DNA of 58,045 bases, the filler included, from Basidioascus undulatus (Eukaryota), in NCBI GenBank assembly GCA_000826855.1. It is 4 parts of 4 records of this genome, joined end to end, with 100 filler letters (N's around TTAATTAATTAA, not from the genome) between each part and the next. Parts side by side here need not be neighbours in the genome. Positions count along the whole stretch, not along the records: positions 43,627 to 58,045 come from JTLS01000731.1; 3 more parts are not named here. One strand, written 5' to 3'. The position numbers were made by a program, and so were the translations under genes. Below, in pieces: positions 50,359 to 58,045 of this stretch (position 1 is the first letter of the stretch; each line of letters starts with the position of its first letter). The notes below the pieces were generated by a model. It saw only the letters and a program-made list of their open reading frames with translations. It ran no database searches and was not told where the DNA came from.

Positions 50359-52038
50359 CAGCGCATACCCGGCGCCGAAAATAGCTCAATCGAGCAAGCA
50401 GGACTCACATCGATGGAACAGTGTCCTTGTCCTGTGGCCTTTACTACGTCCATCGCAGCGGTATCGCCGGGAAGGGCCCTATGGACGACTGGGCATCAGA
50501 GATATACAAAGGTCAACTGTGCGGAGTACTCACTTGGCCTGAGTCGTGCTGGCTGCTGGCCCGAAGTGAACGTGTCGCCATCGGCGTTTCCCGCCGCATC
50601 CCTGCGGTTCAAGTGTCTGTTAGCCGTGTAGCCGGATTTCAGAAAAGTGATGAGGCATACGCAGGAGCAGAGCTTCCACTCATGATGCTAGATTTGTAGC
50701 GGAAGAACTGGGGTGGGGAGGTGGTGAGTTGAGCAATGGTGATGGCGCCAGCAACAATCGTATCGTCGTTCGGGTGTACGCCCAGAGAACAAGTGAGTGT
50801 CAAACTAGAGGAAAGAATTTAAATTTGTCTACCTCTTAGGATATTCAAGAGATTGGTGCCACAGGAGGGAAGAAACATTGCGGAAAGGCCTTGAGCAGGT
50901 ATGCTTTGCATGGAGACGACCTGAATGGACTAACTCGGCTGATGCTGCGGCGGCAACCTGAAAGCCCGAAAGTGCTGGTGGATTGAAAAAGATTAATCCT
51001 AGAACATTATTACACTGTCGAGGATCTTAATCTGCGTGGGGGGAAGGAGCGAGCATCCTCAGACTCGAAGGTGAGTGCATCTCGACAGCCCCGTCTCTGC
51101 AGGGATTCGGGATGAACGATCGAGGACAATATGAGGGAAACTTCCAAGTTTGGTTTGAACATTAGGTCACTGGAAACTACGCATCGAAAAAACTCAGCAG
51201 AACTCCATGCGGCAGTGTCGAAGTTCCTTAGAGTAGTAGTGCGGCTGCGCAACGACTATTGACTCTAACACGAGCCGTGGAAGGAACATACGAGGTAGTT
51301 CCCATAAAGGAAGAAGCGGGTCCGCCATAGCCTATTTCCAAAACACATAAGCGCAGAACCATTAAGAGAAGTTCAGCAAAGCGGGCCACAAACCTTCCAG
51401 GCCTTCGAAACCTGCATCAAAGCGAGGACTGGTTGCACCGCATGAGGATACGAGCAATCGTCCAAAGCCATATCGAAGATTCAGGTCCGGACTTCCACGG
51501 GGTGTTTTCCTGTAGATAATATGTCCCTGTCGGTTATGCTTGACGGAGTGCAGAGTCAACTGAAAGCGGCCCAGCTGGAGGGTAACCCCTCTGTTGGCGT
51601 AAGTTCTTGTAGTACCCGCAACGGGGAGGTTCGGGGTAACGGTTACAAATCCAGTACTCGCGCCGGCTCCTCGGGACGGTTCGAAAGGTAACGGCTAGAC
51701 AGCGCTAACAAGAGCAGGTGATTACGACTGTGTGCTTGGAAGAACTAGGCAGAGTATGCCAGGAGAAAGTGAAATGAGAACTTGACCATAAATCAGGATA
51801 TTCACTTGCAAGCGTGGGCTGTTGTCGGTAGTAGTTCCACGTTGTTTGCCAGTTTGGATCGTTCGCTCCTACTCGCTGAGTTCATCCCACCCTTCCACTC
51901 GCCATATCACGGATCGCCACTCCCAACCACTCCCGACCTGTTTCCTTTAATCGCTCACCACATTGCAGCCTGCAGTTCGCACACAAAACCTAATACTCCC
52001 CTGTTGACCTCCCGGCGGGCCTGTACACCCTTGATGGG

Positions 52039-53528
52039 ATGCGCGTCTCGACGCCGCTCTCCTCGGCGCAACCGACGACTGTTTACTCTGCGACCTTCAA
52101 CGACGACAAGTCGCTCTTTGGCGCATGCACCGACGACGGCTACGACGTCTACCAGACTGCGCCCTTGCGGCTGCTTGCACGACATGGTGCGTATGGAATC
52201 AATATTTCATGAGGCCGCCCCACTGAAGCAGCCCTCCCCCCACAGACTTCTCACCCCCCGGCACGCTCTCCGTTTTAGCGCCGTACCTCTCCACGTCCCT
52301 TCTCCTTCTCACCGGCGGGCCCCCATCGCCCGCATATGCGCCCAACAAGCTCGTCCTTCTCTCAGCGCCCACGCGGAAGCCGCTGGCCGAGATCGAGTTC
52401 CCCGAGCGCGTGCGCGCCGTCACCCACCGACGCGGCTGGCTCGCAGTTGCGGTCGAGCATGCTGTCCTCGGGTTCGCGGTCCCCAGCCTCGAGCGCACGG
52501 GCATGTGGGAGACCGCGAGCAACGCGAGGGGCCTCATGGCGGTTAGCACTGCCGCGGGCGCTACGGTCCTCGCGCTGCCGGGGCGGAAGCTCGGCGACGT
52601 CCAGATCCACCATCTCCCGCCCCGCCCGCCTTCCCCGCCGCCGCAACCATCCACTTCCAGATCACCAACCTCCCCAGATCGGCCAGCCTCTCCACCCACT
52701 CGATCAAAGGGCAAGGCCCCGGCGAAGTCCACTTCCAATCCCCATGCGACCACGATCTTCCACGCACACGAGACGCCGCTCGCCGCGCTCGCGCTCACCC
52801 GGTCTGGAGACCGTCTCGCGACGACCTCGGAGCGCGGCACGCTCGTGCGCGTGTGGGACACGCGCTCCGGGACGCGGCTGTGGGAGCTCAGGCGCGGGAC
52901 GGACCCCGCTGTGATCTGGCAGGGCGCGCTGGAGTTTAGCTTGTGTGGGACTTGGATCGCCGTGGTCAGCGAGAAAGGGACGGTGCATGTTTGGAAGTTG
53001 GATGGGGGCGCAGAGCGGAAGGAGAGCGGTGGTGGCGGTTCGCCGGCAGGTAGGGAGGTATCTTCTACGTTGTGCGTTCCTCTCTGTGTTATGGCTCCCA
53101 ATTCCACACGCTCAACCTTTTCCCTCCCCAGATCCACCCCCAATCCCCTCACCTCCCTGCTCACCCCGCACTTCCCAGCCCTCAAGCGGCATCTCCCCGC
53201 CTATTTCTCCTCGCGCTGGTCGTCCGCGCACTTCCGCCTGCCGCAGCCCAACCCGCACGCCCACACGCTCTCCGGCCGCCCAGAAGTCGACGAGCGCGCC
53301 GTGCTCGCGTGGATCGAGGTCGGCGCGCCGGGGGAGAGGGAGCCCCAGCTTGTCGTCGTCACGCTGCAGGGCGGGTGGTACAGGCTGGGGATGCCAAGGG
53401 ATGGGGAGAGGGAGGTGGGCGAGGATGGGGAGGCGGAGGAGGCGGCGCCGGGAGGGGGTACGGGCATGGGGAGGAGATTGAGGTTGGAGGAGTTCCGGAG
53501 GTGGGGGAAGAGGGACGAGTGGCACTAG
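52039..53528 (+). CDS. HSV2: PROPPIN-family WD40 phosphoinositide-binding protein, Hsv2/WIPI3-4-like
   Basis: ATFNDD..., LTGGPPSPAYAPNKL, AHETPLAALAL, LATTSERGTLVRVWD, ELRRGTDPA (LRRG lipid-binding motif), SEKGTVHVW and YFSSRWSSAHF. Confidence 0.85.
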
Positions 53529-55691
53529 AGTAAGGAGGGGCTGACGTCGACCGGGGCTCACGTCGACTCCGATCCCTATCCCTCCTGCGCCACGCGTACT
53601 TGCTTTCGTCTACCCGGCCCATCACACTTCGTTCCTCCGTCCTCTCGCTCGTTGGCCTCCTACCACCCTTCTCCCCGCCGTCTCTCCTCGCATTCGGCTC
53701 CCTCGTCTCTCACCCTGATCGTCATCCTTGTCCTCGACCCGCGCATCTCTCGTCGGTTTGACACCCAGCCGCCCTCGCACCCCGCCATTTCCATCGCCAT
53801 GCCCCTGCCCTTCTCTCTCGTTGCCATTCCCCTTTCTTCTCGACACACTTTTGCAGTTGGTTCCGGATTCACGCCCTCGCCCCCAATCCGCCTCCGCCAT
53901 TCACGCCCTCCCCCACTCCGCCGTGCATCCCCTCTACTTCCTTAATCAGGTTCATAGTGTCTCGCAATATCCTGCATACACAACGCGTCCCGGTAGCTTC
54001 ACGATCACGCCTCGTCACGTCCACGTCATGTTGGCTTGTGTTTTGTTTTGTTTTGCTTTCCATCCCGGTCCTTTGTTGTCGTCGAGATGGCCAATCTTAT
54101 TTGTCTGCCCGTCTCTGCGTCGAAAGGAGAGCAATGTTGTTGCATGCTGCCTGGGCGCCTGGGTTTGCGGGCTGGGACGACCCGCTGTAATGCCTCTCGG
54201 TCACCTTTGCGCGGCAGCAAGGGGATATTTCCCTTTAGAGGAAATAACGAGAATTGGGGAGTGTTTGGAAAAATTGCGGAAGCGACGAGCGTCAGTAGTG
54301 AGTATCGGAGAGGACGGTTGAGTGAGCCTGTGTGGGGGAGAACGTATCAGTTGATGGGACAGGCGCACCGGCCAGTCCACCTGCCACACACAATATTAGA
54401 TCATGAAAATCTTGACTAAATGTCTAAAATATTCAATTATAGGTCTAAACGATGGACTGTGCTTGGGTGTAATGGGGAGGCGTTTCGCTTTGGCAGGATC
54501 GGGATGCGAGCAAGGTTGGCACTTGTAGGCAGGGCCGCGCCTTGTATAGGCCAGAGAAGGGAAGGATAGTATTCCATGGAAGTCCCGGCATGAGCTCCGC
54601 AGTCCATGCTTGTGACGCTTCAGATCGATTTATGTGCCAAAGGAGAAGGAGGGTCAAGAGTAGCAAGGGAAGCTGGGCGAGGATGGCCTTATAAGCATGT
54701 GCAGAGGCCAGAAGTGTTTTTTGCATACCGTTACGAGTTTGAGTTACCAAAACGGACCATAACGGCTACCAGCCAGCGGATCTCAAATGAGAACGCAGCC
54801 GAAGGCCGCTCCGAGAATGCTGAGGATAGTCCACGACGTCTAACAGCGAACCCTCCTGACACAGTCATATAGCCTTCAATGCGATGGAAGTTTTTCTTTA
54901 AAGAAAGAAGTACCTTGGGAAGGAGAAGCAATCGAGTAAAAGAACGACTTGAAAAACAGCGTGGGTTGCTGCAAGCGAGGAAGGGCGGGCATGGTCGGCG
55001 AGGTGGAGGAAGAACAGCCATGACCACACCGGGCTTGGAGCTGTCCCTAGTCGTGTCACGGTGAGGATCAACTGAACCAGAGACAGGACGGTGGCGGCCT
55101 ACGGCCATATATTTCGCTACCCGAAACTTCGGTTTTCGATGGCAAATGCGGAAAAGGAGAAGTTCAAGGGGCCCTCGTTTCTGCCCTGCTGTACGGTCCC
55201 AAGGTGCGGCCGAGCTGGAGTACAGTTCGGTTTACCCGCAGCGGACAGCTTACCTTCCAGAGCAGACCGCCTTTTCCTTCTCCATTCTGAGTTGGAAAAA
55301 GCGCTCGTGTGCTTAGGCATCGCCCTGATGACCGTGATCGTTGGGTTGTACACAGCCAACTGGAGCGCTGTTGTGAGCATGTCAACGCTAGCCGCCTCGC
55401 AGCCTTACCAGATCGGGGCAGTCTCTACCCTTCGTGAGTCCTGCGCACCCCGTGTTTTCAGAAGAAAGCTCCGAACATGTCAAGATGAACCGCAGACCAT
55501 GCCGACAGCCTGGAATGCTTCAGCAGGGGCGGTCGTGCAAGACTCTTTCCACTGCACGGTAGCCTTGGGGGGTAGGGCAGGACCTATTTTGGATCTAAAC
55601 AAGTCGTTTCACCGTACTTCTCTTTTCTTCTTCTACAGATCTAACACCAGGCTCAAAATAATAGATATTAAGTGCTACTTGTAGGGTTAAT

Positions 55692-55773
55692 AGTTGCGTG
55701 TTCTAATGGTTATGATTTCTCTTTCACACGTTGAAGCCAGAGAAGGTTCCCGGTTCGATCCCGGGCGCGACTA
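55692..55773 (+). tRNA. tRNA-Val(CAC) with a 9-nt intron (55729-55737)
   Basis: AGTTGCG/CGCGACT acceptor stem, TCTCT/AGAGA anticodon stem, loop TT-CAC-A[cgttgaagc]C, T arm CCCGG-TTCGATC-CCGGG, and a downstream TTTTT terminator. Confidence 0.9.
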
Positions 55774-56645
55774 GTTTTTATTATTAGATCAGTCTAGCAT
55801 TGTACGAGGACATCTGTAGTCCATCTTGATCTACATCCTGTTAAGCCGCAGCGAAAAGGACTTGCGGAAAGCAGAGCCCGAGGGCAGTCCGGCCGAAATC
55901 GAGCGCACTCCGAACGGCGCGCGCGTCGAGGCTCTCCTTCAGTTCTCCCTTCAACCGCGACGTCCATCTGATCTGGCTGCGCCGACTCGCTTCTACAAAC
56001 GTCTGTTTGTGCCCTCTGCATTGGAAAACTTGTAAGTCCGTTGATTGTATAGCTTGGTGGCTTCTGACGAACGTAGCTTCTCCCAATCCTTCCGCGGGTC
56101 CCCAGACCGCGCCTGATCTCCCGGTCGCGCAGAGCACCCACTGCCCGTCTAGTGGTCCAAGTACGCCCATTTTCTCTCTCAGGCTCGTAGCACTGCCAAA
56201 GTGTCCGCCAATTCGTGCGGTCAGGCTCGCGAAGTCACTGACGAGTGAGGTGCCCCTCAGGCTCAGCACTTGGTCGTCACCTGCGTGCGACTCGTTCAGC
56301 GCCGCACACTTGCCAGCGACCTCCATCATCCTCGACATTCGCACAAAGTACGCTTGTGTGTCCAAGGCATGTGAGTCCACTTTCTGGTCCTGCTGCCCCC
56401 GCGTCGATCTGCTTTGTCGCCGGGTCGAGTGCCGCTGGCGAGTTCGGCGCGCAAAGTCTCGCCCAAGCTCTGCTCCGCGTCATCATCCTACATTCTCCAC
56501 GTGGCCGACGTTGCTGACACCGCTCTACCCACTCGTAGTCTTCACCCTCACTCCTCTGTGTCGTCAAGCTTTAGGTCGTCTCGCCGACGCGTCCGGCGTT
56601 AAAGCGTCCCACGCTTTTTTACGCACCCAGAGTTCCGCAGACGCC

Positions 56646-58045
56646 ATGTCCCGGCGAGGTGACCGATGGGTTCCCGTCGGCGATCGCTTTGGGCCAACTC
56701 GCGATGGGCGTGGTCCTGACCGGTATCCAGGGCCCGGAGCGCTTGGCGCTGGACCGTCGTCTGGCTTGCTGCCTAGAGCGCCGCCGCCACCAGGCATGAT
56801 GGACCTTGACCAGCCGCAAAGGGACGACGCCTTTGCGCGCGATGCTCCACCTCACGCGACGCGCGGCGCTCAGCGGTACCCTCCTCCCTCTTCCTTCGAC
56901 TTTGGGCCCAGCAATGGCCGTCGTTCTCCTACACGCTATCCTTCCACCGCCGCGACTCCATCCACGTCCGACCGCAACGCCCGATCTCCTCTCCGCCCAT
57001 CGTCCAGCAAGTGGCCCGAGCGTCATCCTCCTCCACAACCCTCTTCTTCGCGACGCCGCTCACCATCACCGCCTCCGCAACGCGCATCGCGGTGGCCCGG
57101 CGTAGCGCTCGAACCATCTCGCGCAGTTCTCTCTCCTGCCACTTACGACAAGCGCCCTGGTCGTCGTCGCGGAGGTCGGAAGCATCGGCAGGCGGCGGGC
57201 TACGATGGTGGCGGGCCGGGCTGGGGGGCGGGCGGTGACGCCGGATACGGCATGCGTGCCGGGAATCGGTGTGTCGTGGCGCTTTTTCAACTGGGTTGGG
57301 TCGGGTTGGAGGAGGACGATGGTGCTGGATGGGTTGGAAGGTTGCTGGAGCTGGGTCGGTTGGTCACGCATGTCCGATACACACCGATGCCCTCGAATGC
57401 ACATATTTTCCTACGTACATAGAGCCGCTTTGGCGTCCCCGTGCTATAGTCGTCTGCTGTTATGCGCGAGCGTCACGCTCAAAGCGCTGTGGTGAGGGCA
57501 TCGTGTGGGTCTCTTTCTTGCTTCTAGCGGAAGCATGTCGACCGAACCAGTGTTGCATACCGTCGCACGTCTCCCGCATCTGTGTAAAGCTGAAGCTGAC
57601 CTTACGCTCCCTCAGGTTCGACCCCGACGACCGGCGCTCAACTCGCGGCCGTTCTCGCTCTCGCTCCCGATCTCCATCTAGCAGCTCCACCTACTCTCGC
57701 TCAGACTCGCGCTCACCCGTTCGCAAGCGACGACGCTCGTCCTCCTTCTCGTCCCGCTACGACCGCTCGCCCGACGTCCGTCGTGGGCGCAGTCGTACCC
57801 GCAGCCGCAGTCGCAGCCGTTCCAGAAGTCGCAGTCCGGGAGGCTATCGCCGGCGTTGGCGCGACGATTCGCGGTCGTCGTCAGGCAGCCGGCGCCGCAG
57901 ACGGCGCCGCAGGGCTTCGTCCGACTCGCGTAGTCCTGACGTGCGTCGAGACGGCGGCGGCCAAGGACCCCGATGGAGGGACGACGCTTCACACGAACCG
58001 TCGGATCGCGAGCCGCTGCCCGATGCGCATCTCGCGCGCAACGGC
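56646..58045 (+). CDS. 5' part of an Arg/Ser (RS)-rich, Pro-rich protein, running off the window
   Basis: MSRRGDRWVPVGDRFG... spliced across 57269-57615 to FDPDDRRSTRGRSRSRSRSPSS...RSRTRSRSRSRSRSRSP; open to the window end. Confidence 0.7.

Noticed and set aside
51580..51716. Hairpin plus TCCTCG, GGTAAC...GCTAA and GGTTACAA words suggestive of an HDV-like or twister ribozyme
   Set aside because: The P3/P1 (HDV) and T1/T2 (twister) pairings cannot be assembled in the required order. An Infernal/Rfam search would be decisive.
55020..55684. Possible small spliced gene with one hydrophobic helix (ALVCLGIALMTVIVGLY)
   Set aside because: No family motif, and exon boundaries are ambiguous.

Overview
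Intron-rich, GC-rich eukaryotic DNA, most consistent with a basidiomycete fungus (short GT-AG introns with CTRAY branch points, micro-exons). It is a scaffold with three 100-nt artificial gap linkers (N44-TTAATTAATTAA-N44). Recognisable genes: a GNAT acetyltransferase, a GPR1/FUN34/YaaH (Ato) transporter, a GCR1_C-domain regulator, an Amt/Mep ammonium transporter, LTV1 and ERO1 (both 3'-truncated where they meet), partial ARB1/ABCF2, an MFS hexose transporter plus a truncated duplicate, the PP4 catalytic subunit (PPH3), a SIN-type Cdc14 protein, the 3' part of TRA1, an Hsv2-like PROPPIN and an RS-rich protein. There are also several pseudogenes, a decayed Copia fragment and three tRNA loci. 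The standout is at 450-531 (- strand): a tRNA-Thr(CGU) whose 3' half lies upstream of its 5' half. It is split exactly at the canonical 37/38 intron position, with a 10-nt spacer, a complementary leader/trailer and a T5 terminator. This looks like a circularly permuted tRNA gene, which I know from red/green algae, a nucleomorph and an archaeon but not from fungi. All gene models and family calls were made by eye without database searches.
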